Positions 12,527 to 22,796 of a stretch of 64,000 nucleotides of DNA are shown in pieces. Made by a program: the position numbers and the translations under genes. This DNA is from Pseudovirgaria hyperparasitica (Eukaryota), in NCBI GenBank assembly GCA_010093815.1, contig ML996595.1; one strand, 5' to 3'. The notes beneath the pieces were generated by a model. It had not been told where the DNA came from. It was given only the letters and a program-made list of their open reading frames with translations, and did not search any database. Position 1 is the first letter of the stretch; each line of letters begins with the position of its first letter.

Positions 12527-13592
12527 ATGTCATCACCCCCAAATACCATCAATGTACCCAAAAAACGCCCATCGCTCTCCGTACCTCATAACCAAGCCAA
12601 ACGCCGCAAACCTTCTACCGGCCCGTCAGCACTTCGCCAGACCTCATTCCCTCCACCCGAGCAATATATAGCTGCTGGATCCCCTGGATCCGTCACTACA
12701 CCACGCGGATATGGTTACTCACGTTCACCTAGTGTCGAAAGTTCGGCCTTAGCCAGCGTCGCAAATGGTGCAGAGGGGAGCATAACTGGAAGAGGACGCA
12801 AACGGAAGCGAGGAGGAGCGACTGCCATTGCTGACGATGTTCGAAGTGCGACTGGTACGAGTACAAGGGATAACCGCGGTGGAAGCCCCGCAGAAGGTGA
12901 AGAAGCTGAGGATGAAGACGAAGCTGGCGGCGAAGACGTCGAGGTGAATCTCGAAGGCGACGGAAAGCAAGATCAGGCTACACAGCAGCAGGAGCGGGAA
13001 CATTTGAAGTACGACTACTATACACTGAATCTCCACACGGGAAAATCTACTAATTTCTTGGGTGCGCAGCATGCTCATGCAAGCCTTGTCTGATGACCAA
13101 CGTGCCCGTTATACCGTATTTCGTGCCATGAAGCTACGAAAAGACATCCTGCGTAAAATCACGAACCAAACAGTCTCGCAATCTGTTCCGGCCAGCATCG
13201 TGATGGCAATTACTGGTTACACCAAGACCTTCATCATAGATCTGCTTGACGCCGCTATGCAGGTGCAGCAAGAATGGGCAGAAGCTGCAGATCCGAAAGA
13301 GAGATATCCTGAGGATGCCTACCAAAAGTTGAACCCACCACCACCACAGCAATACAACTCGGCGCCGACTAATCTAATGTATCCAAAGCCAGTGAAGCAA
13401 CAAGTACCACAAAAGACTATTGGAGAGTTGTGTGGGAAGGAGGTCGGGCCACTTTTGCCTGAGCATTTGAGGGAAGCATTGAGGAGGTATAAGAAGAGTC
13501 AAGAGAGCAAAGGTACAGGATTCATAGGCTTAAGCCTGGAGGGGCGAGAGACGACTGCAGCGAGAACGGGAGGGAAGAGGCTTTTCAGGTGA
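12527..13592 (+). CDS. TAF11: TFIID subunit 11 (TAFII28 histone-fold), 334 aa, 2 exons (12527-13008, 13070-13592)
   Basis: QRARYTVFRAMKLRKDILRKITNQTVSQSVP...AITGYTKTFI and GPLLPEHLREALRRY. Intron 13009-13069 (GTACGA...CTAAT...CAG) restores the frame. Confidence 0.9.
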
Positions 13593-13900
13593 GAACGTCA
13601 TGCAGATGGACTATGGATTAGTGTTGCATGTGGCCTTTGGGGGTACGCGTATAGCAGGGAGAGGTATAGGAAGCTACTACTAGCCATTAACTAGAGCGTA
13701 TGGTCTTAACGTGAATCGATTAAGCACACTACAGAGAGGATTAGCGCATCGATAGATTGTGCCAGCTATGTTTCATCCAGCATGCTTATAGCTTTTGTTC
13801 AGCTACCCTAATATCTGTGAAAAGAACACCGCCATGACCGCCGTGACCGCCATGCGACCGATAATACACCCCATGCGCATTACGAGCACGACTAACTTCT

Positions 13901-15140
13901 CTAGTTCTCATGTACCTGCTTCAAAAAACCCGCATCCTTGGGCTTTGGCTTCCCGCTCTCAGCCTTTAGCGATCCTAGCTTGTCATTCGAGTACTGAATG
14001 GCGTATGGGTTGAGGCGGAACAGGATCTGCTTGTTCCGTAGCGGGTTCTTCTTCTGCACTTGGGTACGCTTGGTGATAGCGCCACCCTTGACGGGACGTA
14101 GCACTGACTGAATTTCCGAGCTGTTGATGAGCTTGCCAAGATCGGGTGTCTTGACCAGGGCTGATGGCAGAAGGAAGTCCTTCTTGTATGTGGAAGCTTC
14201 AGTGGTAGAGCCATAGATCTTGTCGAGGGCAGCGAACGCGGCCGAAGTCCAGATCACGAAGCGGCCAAGATGACCACCCGGTGCGAGCTGAAGGAGGTTG
14301 AGGTCGTAGACTGACGAAGTCTCGACACCGGGCAGGTTGCGGAATGCTTTTGTGAGCTCTCGGCCATCCTCCTCTGGGGCATAGACAACGAGAGGTCCAC
14401 GGCGCTGACGATAGCGACGTCCACGCATCTTACCCTTACCTGCACGAGTCTTCTTCGACAGCTTAACCTTCTCAACATCAGCGGCGGCGCCAACAGCCTT
14501 CAACAGAGCGAGAGCGGCAGAGGTCTTGGTGATTGCGGCACCGGAGAAAGCGGTGCTGGAAATCACGAGAGGGACTTCTGGAACGGCCTGGACGCGGTGA
14601 CCACGAGCGAAGAGAAGAGGAGCGGATGCAGAGGCAGCGAGAGCGGAGGCGGTAGCGAAGCGCTTCTGGCCCAAGTTGATCTTTGCGTGCCATTTCCTCC
14701 AGACCTTTGTGGGAGCGAACATGCGACCAGAGCGGCACATATTACCGAAGGCAGCCTGGCCGGCACGGTGAGTACCACCACCAGATACACGAGGAATACG
14801 AGCGACGGCGCGTCCTGTCCAGCGATGCTCTGTTAGCCGTGATCTAGTTGTATGCAATATCTCTTCGTACCGGTTCCCCAGGACTCAGCAGAGGTTTGGT
14901 GACCGGCCTTCTCGCTCACAGCGTATGGTTGGCGCTTATTCTTTGCCATACCGGTATGGACGCTCCTGTCAATTCATCAGCCTTGCCTTTCCTCTATATC
15001 ATTGCGACAAAGATTTGAAGATTATCATACTGGACAATATCGGGACGGATAGGCGCCTTGAACACCTCCGGGAGAGGATGGGTGTTGCTGGAAGGCTTGC
15101 CATCAGGCGAGATGATGGTGACGGTCGGTCGGCTCGACAT
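13901..15140 (-). CDS. RPL4: 60S ribosomal protein uL4 (L4), 372 aa, 3 exons (15140-15031, 14965-14871, 14814-13901)
   Basis: [10 protein letters not shown]...[76 protein letters not shown]. Canonical introns at 15030-14966 and 14870-14815. Confidence 0.97.
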
Positions 15141-16470
15141 TTTTGCTGTTAGGTTAGTCTGGTGAAGGTCGACTTTGATCGTGGTCGAATTCGTGGTGTT
15201 GGTTGCTCAGCAAATTCGACCTGTGGTGGAGGTCGCTAAGCGATACGTATTTGGACTAGCTCTTAGCGCCGCGCGCACGTCCCTCTGTGCCTGGCTTCTG
15301 AAGACCGACGTGTGGAAGCGGTCACTTCAGTTTCGTGTTTATGAATGATCCTGTTGATCCCAATCAGGTCTATCCTGTACTTGGCGTAGAAGAAGCTCTT
15401 GAGCTACCCATCCACAGCCACACAGTATGGATACTATATGTCATAGAAAGGGACATGCTAACGATCAATCCTCCCGGACAAGTGATGTTTCTTGATACGC
15501 GACAACGTTTTACCTATATGAGTAATGTCTATCCATCGACCCTACACATAGAGGCATTCCAATTCCTCTGACAAATAATACTTACTACCTACCCACCTAG
15601 CTCGTCCAGTTTTTGATACAGAGCAAGACAGCGCGGCAGCAAACCAATATTCTCATCAGCATCGCAGCTGCCACCCGCGCAGTTATCGCCTGCCTTGTCT
15701 GCATGCATGAACCCTGGCTTGAGAAAGTTGTCGATACCTTCTTCTCTTTTGCGAGTGCACATTTTGATGGCAAAGCTTTTGCTGTGGCGATACAGTACTG
15801 ACTATCTCGATGAGCACAGAGTTGCCGTAGCCCAGAGGATGAGGAATGCAGTCGAAAACGTCTTTAGATCCTTGTCAATGGAGAGCTGGCAGTCTGATCT
15901 ATCGGACAGGGCCAATGGAGAGCCGGCAGTTTGATCTACCGGGCACGACCTCGAGAATTTCCACTTACCCAACGATTTGACACGAGCCACTGCTCATCCC
16001 ACGAGACATAACACTAGCCTATTCTTCTGTTCCGTATGTTCCTAACAAATTATTGAGGGTTTTGTCACATGAAGCGGATGAGAGCATGATAGGTAGAATA
16101 TATAGCTCACCTAGGGTCCGTTTCTAACTCAAGAATACCAGGTTAGTATGGACTGAGGTGGTTGAGGGTAAAAAACTTTTTACATTCCGAGCTTTTGCAG
16201 TCTAGGTGAGTCAAATGACACAGTTGCACGACAGTTGATCGCTCACAGTGATAGGCTATGGATGTCGCTGGTGGGTTCGGCGGGGGCCATTTAGCGCGAG
16301 CGAAATTGATGAGTTGAATATAAATTGATTATGTAAATATCTCTCGTGCCGTTCCGATACCCTTATAAAGTGATGAAAAATTCCTCATGCCAGAAACTGA
16401 CAGTCAACATTCTCAACTCAGAACACAAATTTTCGATCGTATACATCACCTACTTGAAAGGCCCACTACA

Positions 16471-16567
16471 GTCAACACATTGCAGTCAACATATGGCGGT
16501 CAACATATTGTGGTGAGCATATTGTGGTGAGCATATTGTGGTGAAGATATCGCGGTCAACACACATA
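16471..16567 (+). repeat. 14-bp minisatellite (consensus GTCAACATATTGTG/GTGAGCATATTGTG), 6 full copies plus 1 partial, abutting an ATG
   Basis: Units start at 16471, 16485, 16499, 16513, 16527, 16541 and 16555; ATG at 16568. Confidence 0.85.
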
Positions 16568-17251
16568 ATGCACTTCTGGAATATACTTATCGTCGTCGGG
16601 CTTGTTATTAGCTCTGTTCAAAGTAAAGGAGGTCACGGAGGAGGAGGAGGAGGAGGTCGCGGAGGAGGTCGCGGAAGTGGAGGAGGCGGAGGCGGAGGCG
16701 GCAAGGGCGGAACAAGATACAGCAGCTCAGGAGGTGTTGAAGGTGGCCGAAATGGTCGAACATTCTTCTACGACAGTATTCCTTTGCTACCTGTCAGGGG
16801 ACGGTATTTCAATACGACACACCGACAAGATGGCAGGCCTTTGCCAGATTGGGCAGCCAATAGAGAGCTTAGGGGGCTTATACGCAAGAAGAAAAAAAAA
16901 CATAAGAAAAAGAAGAAACCAGAAGAAGAAGAAGAAGAAGAAGAAGACGGGTTTGTAACATGTGTTCCTGACGCAGCTAGTCTTAACGGAACGGAGACGG
17001 ATGCAGCTATGGATAAGTTTCTTAAGGACTGCGATGGCGAGAAAGAGTTTAAGAAGAAGAAAGAGACGAGCGCAGACGAAAGCACCTTCTTTGGTTGTGA
17101 CTATGGGCATGGGCAGAAATGCCATCGTGATGATATCCTAGACATGCAGGCCTGGGTCTATTACTTCTGCGGAGATCTTCCGGGTTGGTATTCCCGAGAG
17201 AGTTGGAAAGTAACGTATGGCCGGGCACCTCGAGGAGTCGAGAACTGCTAG
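16568..17251 (+). CDS. Small secreted protein / effector candidate: signal peptide, Gly-rich linker, poly-Lys/poly-Glu tract, C-terminal 6-Cys domain (227 aa)
   Basis: MHFWNILIVVGLVISSVQS is a hydrophobic signal-like N-terminus. Six Cys lie in the last ~96 aa (GCDYGHGQKC, FCGDLPGWYSRESWKVTYGR). TATAAA at ~16364. Confidence 0.75.
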   Translation: MHFWNILIVVGLVISSVQSKGGHGGGGGGGRGGGRGSGGGGGGGGKGGTRYSSSGGVEGGRNGRTFFYDSIPLLPVRGRYFNTTHRQDGRPLPDWAANRELRGLIRKKKKKHKKKKKPEEEEEEEEDGFVTCVPDAASLNGTETDAAMDKFLKDCDGEKEFKKKKETSADESTFFGCDYGHGQKCHRDDILDMQAWVYYFCGDLPGWYSRESWKVTYGRAPRGVENC

Positions 17252-18748
17252 AGAGTCAAGAGTGCTACTCGTCAAGTAAGGGGTAGGAAATGGCAGCGAC
17301 CTCGAACGGGTTGTTCAATATCAGACAATCACTGCCTAGGAGGAAGGAAGTGGGCTAGTTCCGAAAGGCCTGTCCTAAATGCCAACTGGCGGTATAGGAG
17401 GCGTATGGCTGAAGACGTCTTAGACGGGAGATGGTAGAGTCCAAGGCCTGGGCAAGTTCGAAAAGCTGTATGCAGAAATGAATGGATTGTAGCTGAGAGG
17501 GAGTGATGGGATGTAGTGCACTATGTCTTCGGATTGTAAGACTGATAAAGAGTGGTAGTTTGTGGAATATTGTATCGTTGGACATTCTTCCTCCAGCCGA
17601 AATTAAGAAGTCAAAAGTAAATTAATGTTATTCGACCAAGCGCGTACAAACCCCTTCCACGGAACCATGCCGAGGTGGGAACGGAGCAGACAAGGGCGGT
17701 AGCAGAATAGGAGCGACGAGTATGAAAAGATAGAGAGACCAAAGTGTTGGCGCGACTAAGGAGGATTGATTGTCTTATACAGCGGTCGACACGCACTGGA
17801 GCCGACATACTGCCAAGTTGACGGTAAAGTGCAGTCATGGATCGCTACTGATTAATCCACTGCAGCTATGTCTGTCGGCAGTATTTGCGTTAGGCAGTGA
17901 GGTATTCCAGGTTGGGAGGAAAGACTGATCGAATGCCCCGAACGGGCAGGCGTTCGTTCATGTATTCTCCTTGATGGCTAACAGACGTCGGAGTATTCTT
18001 CTACTCTTCTATTCTTTAGGTCAGGCACCATGACCATCTGCAGGGATCATTAGTAGAATGATCAGCAGTGGATCAGATGTGTAGTGGCCGTAATGAGGGT
18101 GATTCTGGATTGCGGGTCCGTTGTGTTGGATGATGTTGTGAGCGAGAGTGAGGTGACGAGGTGAAAAGCAGCGAGCAGCGGGCAGAGCTAGTATGCTGAG
18201 GTAAGGTACGGTACCTAATTACGTGGTGGAGTATTGTATTAATGGACGCTATTACTACTTGGTGTGTATATTACCAATGTTAAGTATGGAGTTGACGGCT
18301 AATACTGGCTAGCTTTGTAGCAGCCTGAGAGTGCCTGGGGGCCTGGCGTAATTACCATTCCATGTGGTGGTGACGAGACATAATAATCAGCGGCAGAGGC
18401 AGAGGCAGAGGCGCAGGCGGTGGCGGTGGCTGTGGCGGTGGTGGGTAGACAGACCTGAGGCTGTGGGTGGCGCTCGGCTGAGATGCCCGGGCTGCCAGTT
18501 AGTAATTCGGATAATTAAGTGGTAGGATAATTAGGTAATCAGCTATAGTTGGCTACTGCTGTACCTCTGTAGTGGCTGGTGTTCAGGCTGCCCGTTCTCT
18601 TCTCTGCCCGTCGTCTATTCAAATGTGTTGGTCTAATACCGTCCACTCACAACAACTAATTCCCTAGGCCTGCTGCTGCCACTGGGCAGCTAAAAATAGA
18701 AAGCGTAGCGGCACAGGACCCAGCTGGCTGCAGCACCTTGGCCTCACT

Positions 18749-18960
18749 GCACACACACACACACCCGCACCCGCACCCACACGCACCTGCCCTGTCGTCC
18801 ACCTGTCGTCCACCTATCGTTCATCGTCCCTTCCTCTTGTCGTCTGTCGTCTCTCTCTGCCCTTCCACTCGATCCTCGCCGCCTCTCTTTCTCTCCCTCT
18901 CTCTCTCACACTCACACACGCACACACACTCTCTCTCGCTCTCTCTCTCTCTCTCTTTCT
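18749..18960 (+). repeat. Compound (CA)n/(CT)n microsatellites in the long 5' region of the MAPK phosphatase
   Basis: Visible CA, CCCGCA and CT runs. Confidence 0.8.
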
Positions 18961-19370
18961 TCCTACCTCTCTCACACTCTGTTCACTTCTACCACGTCTT
19001 GATTTGTTGACCGCCATTGGCTTCGACTCGATATATACACTTGTCTTAGCATTCTGTCCCTGCTTCCTCCACCTCTTCCTACCCTCTTTGCCCGCGACTG
19101 GCCATTTTGTACGCCTCAATCCCACTCAGGCGCATCGCCTGTTCAGTCACTCCCTCTGGCGCTTAATCCGAGATCTGGTATCTCGTTTCAACTCTGCTCG
19201 TAAACAAAGCCAATCGTTGGCCCTGCCGGTGCGTCGCCTCTGCTATACTCATTTCTCGTCTCCTCTTTTCCCCGTCCCATCATCTCGTCTCTTGTTCTGC
19301 TCAGACAACCTCTATCATCTTGTTGTCCCAGATCTGCACTTCACACAACATCACCACTTGTCGCCATGCC

Positions 19371-22300
19371 ATGTCCACGTCCATCACTGTAAATTCTGCT
19401 AACCATTCACCTCCCAAAGAATCCTTCTCTCCAGACATATTCCCTAATAATACTCCACTTCGTCTCAACCGACTTGACCACCCTTCTTCGAACCTCGCAC
19501 GTTCTCCAACCTTGCCCTCTACATCAGCCCACTCTTTGGCACTTCTTCGACAGAGCCGTCTCAACACGTTCAACCAGAAACGGAACTCCGTCCGTAGTAA
19601 CCCTCTATCTATTATGCCCATTCAAACCGCCTCGCGAGCCCTCAATGTTCCCATGCCGTCCTTCATGTCCGTGTTTGGCGAGGAAGCAAACAATGGAATG
19701 ACTGATTTTTCCGGCGGGCTTAGCAAACATGGCGAACATCTGAGTCGTGGAAATACCACTCGACTCGACAATTCAGCCACGCCTCCTTTTTCTACGTTTC
19801 ACCACCAACATCGCGATAGCACTTCAACGTCGGCATCAGACTCTACCGATTCGTCTCCAACCACAACTATATCCACTGTGGACTCCGCCAGCATGACAGA
19901 CCCTTCTCCCGGCCCGTCGCCGGAATCACCCGCCGGTAAACACTCCTCATCTTCGTTTGTGCCCGACCTGAGATCTCGCCACATGCCCTCGAACGGCGAC
20001 ACGGTACAAACTCCATTTTTTGAGCTGCAAAGACCAATGACTCCAGCTAAGAAGCCGAGGAACCTGAAAGGCCTCGCGGTCAATACTTCAAGCGCACTTT
20101 CACTGAATCGACCCGCAACGTCCGGCCACGTTAGTACAGTAGCCAGACATGAGGCTGCAACTTCGGCACCGGCATCTCCTTCCTTCGTAAAGCCTCCCAC
20201 GCCCCCACGGAGGATGAAGCCTGCAGCTCTAGCTTTGAGTCTTCAAACTCCCGCGAACACTGGTCTCCCAACGCGCCTGGCCATTCCTCCGACCCCATCG
20301 TTCCAACGAGTCCCTTCTCTCAGGCATTTTCAATCGTCCCCACAGCTCCCATTAATGTCTCCTAGCATCGCCCCGGATGGAGGTATGCAATTTCCCCCTC
20401 TGCGTCCCTTCAAACCATCGCCCCACGGCTTCGCAGAAGTGCCAATCGAGAATGAAGAAGAGGAACAGGAGCCAAACTTTGATATTCCCCAATCGCGAGA
20501 GGAGAAGCCAGCCTCATATCCTAATGGTCCTATTTGCATTTACGAATCTGGTGTCTATCTTTACTACGAGCCGACTGCGGAGCAGGCGTCAAAATACGAC
20601 GTTATCCTTAATGTTGCAAGCGAGGTTAAGAATCCATTCTCCGCCACCATAGATGAAGCTCAAAGAGCTTCCAATCTGGTAATGGACGAATATCGATGTC
20701 AATCCGAGCCTGTGTCGAGTGTGGGACCTATAGCAGCAGACTTTACCATTCTGGGACTGGCCGGCGCAACCGCGAAAGATGACGGCAAGGCCGAACAATC
20801 TAACACACCAACAACGCCAAAGGCTAGCGAGGCAAACTTGTCAGATAGCCTCCTGCGACTGCCTGAGGTCATTTCTCGACCATTGACGTCTAATAGACCT
20901 GAATATATTCACATCCCGTGGGAGCACAATACCGATCTCGTGCCCGACCTCTATAAACTAGTCAAGATTATTGAGGATCGAGTACAGCGACGGAAGCATG
21001 TCCTGGTGCACTGTCAATGTGGCGTCAGCCGATCAGCTACTTTGATTGTTGCCTATGGTCTTTACAAGAACCCTGGAATCTCGGTACAGGAGGCCTATGA
21101 TGCAGTCAAAAAAAGAAGCAAGTGGATAGGCCCGAACATGAACCTCATCATGCAACTCCAAGAGTTTAGAAACGGTCTTATAAGAGCGAATACCGATCGT
21201 GCCTTCCATCAACAAATATTTGGTTCTTCTTTGCGGGCTTTCTCGCCTGTCTTTCGTAAGAATTCTCCTTTTCCGCGTGAGGAGGCTCCAGCATCTGGTT
21301 CACGTACCCCGCGAACGGCACCGTTACCTCCGGATATTGGTCTTGAGACGTTGTCCCAAAGGGCCAGTACGGGTAATATGGAGGCTATATCACCCGGTCC
21401 GCTCACAGCACCCTCAAATCTTTGGTCGCCAGGATTCAGACACTCATGGAATTCGAGTAGTCCCACCGCTTATACATCAAATCCCATAGAAAGTGCTACT
21501 GGTCCCTCCGCGGAAGCGCAATTTAGTACCCCGCTGCCAGGCGGAGATAACGACAACAGGCAAGCAAAGGAGCCAAGCCTCGGATCACAGGTCGTTGTCG
21601 TACAACCGCCACCTCGCCAGTCCTATATAAATGGACGGTCCCCACCGCGAGTGCCAAATTTCTCGAGACCAGTACTTCATCTACCATTAAACGAGAACGA
21701 TGAGACGTCCGGCGTATCCCCACCTCCTGCACCTATGTTCTCTCCGCGTTCAGAAGAATTCCACATGGTCAGCGTATCCCGGCAAGAGCCTGAAGATGCA
21801 TTTGGCATCCTGTCCCCAGTGACTACATTCACCCGGCATGCTGAGCACTCCAATCAGTCCCGAACGCCAGCTCGGTCTGACCCATCCTATCATTTGATGT
21901 CTCCCGGTATTAATGGAGCCTTTCCCGTTGATCCCTTTGGTCGTAGAGAGGAACCTGATTCAACAAATATCTGTTCTCCACGTGCTACCGAATTTCATAT
22001 GACCGCTTTGAAACATACTGCTCCGCACGTTGACGACTCTTTTGGCCTGACATCGCCAAGGAATGGAGACTTCAGACCCGTCAAAATCGAAGCATCGACC
22101 TCCTTTTACAATCGCAATCAATCGAAACGAGAACCACGTACGGATCTGCCACAGCGAGTGCATTCACTTTCGCCCTCGCAGTCGTCAGGTGTGATACAAG
22201 CAGCCGCAGGATATCAATATCCTGATATTAACCACTACATGGATGTCTCAATCGATCCTCGGAACCCTCGGAGCAAATTTGAGTCTGTCAGTAGCACGCC

Positions 22301-22796
22301 GACCTCTAAACAAACGCATCCGAGCCCATCTTCTGAGCTGCCAGGAACGCGATCAGAACCGCAATCAGAATACTCTAGGAATGCAAATAGGTTAAGCGGC
22401 TTTCACTTCCCCTTGTTACCGCCAATACCCCAAGACAAGACTCCATTACAGGCTCCATCAAACAAGCGGAAACTAAGGACTCGATTTTCATCCCCTAACC
22501 TGAGTCAACAGATCAAGATTCATAAGATTCAAACCGAAATCGAGGCACGACTACCGAACCGCAGTGCACAAGCCCAAGATGACCTGGATGCGCTCATGTC
22601 ACCTCGTGCTACGGAATTTACGAAGAATCCGTTTCACGAAGACCTGAGAGCTAAAGTAGAACCTATCGGTCAAATCCCCCCTGCTGTGCATGGGTTCAGC
22701 GTACCAGAACTATCAGATTTGAAAAAGGACGATCCTCGGAGCCCGGCGCACAAGGGCAGTAGTCCTATCGTTCGGAACATCTGGGACGTACTCTGA
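19371..22796 (+). CDS. PMP1: Dual-specificity MAP kinase phosphatase (Pmp1/Msg5 family), intronless; alternative start at 19614
   Basis: Catalytic VLVHCQCGVSRSATLIVAY; YDVILNVASEV, PEYIHIPWEHN, IGPNMNLIMQLQEF; N-terminal docking-like KKPRNLKGLAV. Confidence 0.9.
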   Translation: MSTSITVNSANHSPPKESFSPDIFPNNTPLRLNRLDHPSSNLARSPTLPSTSAHSLALLRQSRLNTFNQKRNSVRSNPLSIMPIQTASRALNVPMPSFMSVFGEEANNGMTDFSGGLSKHGEHLSRGNTTRLDNSATPPFSTFHHQHRDSTSTSASDSTDSSPTTTISTVDSASMTDPSPGPSPESPAGKHSSSSFVPDLRSRHMPSNGDTVQTPFFELQRPMTPAKKPRNLKGLAVNTSSALSLNRPATSGHVSTVARHEAATSAPASPSFVKPPTPPRRMKPAALALSLQTPANTGLPTRLAIPPTPSFQRVPSLRHFQSSPQLPLMSPSIAPDGGMQFPPLRPFKPSPHGFAEVPIENEEEEQEPNFDIPQSREEKPASYPNGPICIYESGVYLYYEPTAEQASKYDVILNVASEVKNPFSATIDEAQRASNLVMDEYRCQSEPVSSVGPIAADFTILGLAGATAKDDGKAEQSNTPTTPKASEANLSDSLLRLPEVISRPLTSNRPEYIHIPWEHNTDLVPDLYKLVKIIEDRVQRRKHVLVHCQCGVSRSATLIVAYGLYKNPGISVQEAYDAVKKRSKWIGPNMNLIMQLQEFRNGLIRANTDRAFHQQIFGSSLRAFSPVFRKNSPFPREEAPASGSRTPRTAPLPPDIGLETLSQRASTGNMEAISPGPLTAPSNLWSPGFRHSWNSSSPTAYTSNPIESATGPSAEAQFSTPLPGGDNDNRQAKEPSLGSQVVVVQPPPRQSYINGRSPPRVPNFSRPVLHLPLNENDETSGVSPPPAPMFSPRSEEFHMVSVSRQEPEDAFGILSPVTTFTRHAEHSNQSRTPARSDPSYHLMSPGINGAFPVDPFGRREEPDSTNICSPRATEFHMTALKHTAPHVDDSFGLTSPRNGDFRPVKIEASTSFYNRNQSKREPRTDLPQRVHSLSPSQSSGVIQAAAGYQYPDINHYMDVSIDPRNPRSKFESVSSTPTSKQTHPSPSSELPGTRSEPQSEYSRNANRLSGFHFPLLPPIPQDKTPLQAPSNKRKLRTRFSSPNLSQQIKIHKIQTEIEARLPNRSAQAQDDLDALMSPRATEFTKNPFHEDLRAKVEPIGQIPPAVHGFSVPELSDLKKDDPRSPAHKGSSPIVRNIWDVL

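Noticed and set aside
13730..13746. TACAGAGAGGATTAGC resembles the U6 snRNA ACAGAGA box
   Set aside because: Similarity stops after ~16 nt; there is no downstream U6 internal stem-loop or poly-T terminator, and it lies between converging 3' ends.
13828..13860. Short ACCGCCATG-type 9-bp tandem repeat between the TAF11 and RPL4 3' ends
   Set aside because: Only about three degenerate copies; ordinary slippage with no evidence of function.
16471..16567. CRISPR-like interpretation of the 14-bp array
   Set aside because: Units are contiguous with no spacers, there are no cas genes, and the genome is eukaryotic.
18738..19402. ORFs rich in HT/LS/RE repeats
   Set aside because: They are translations of CA/CT microsatellites in a 5' region.
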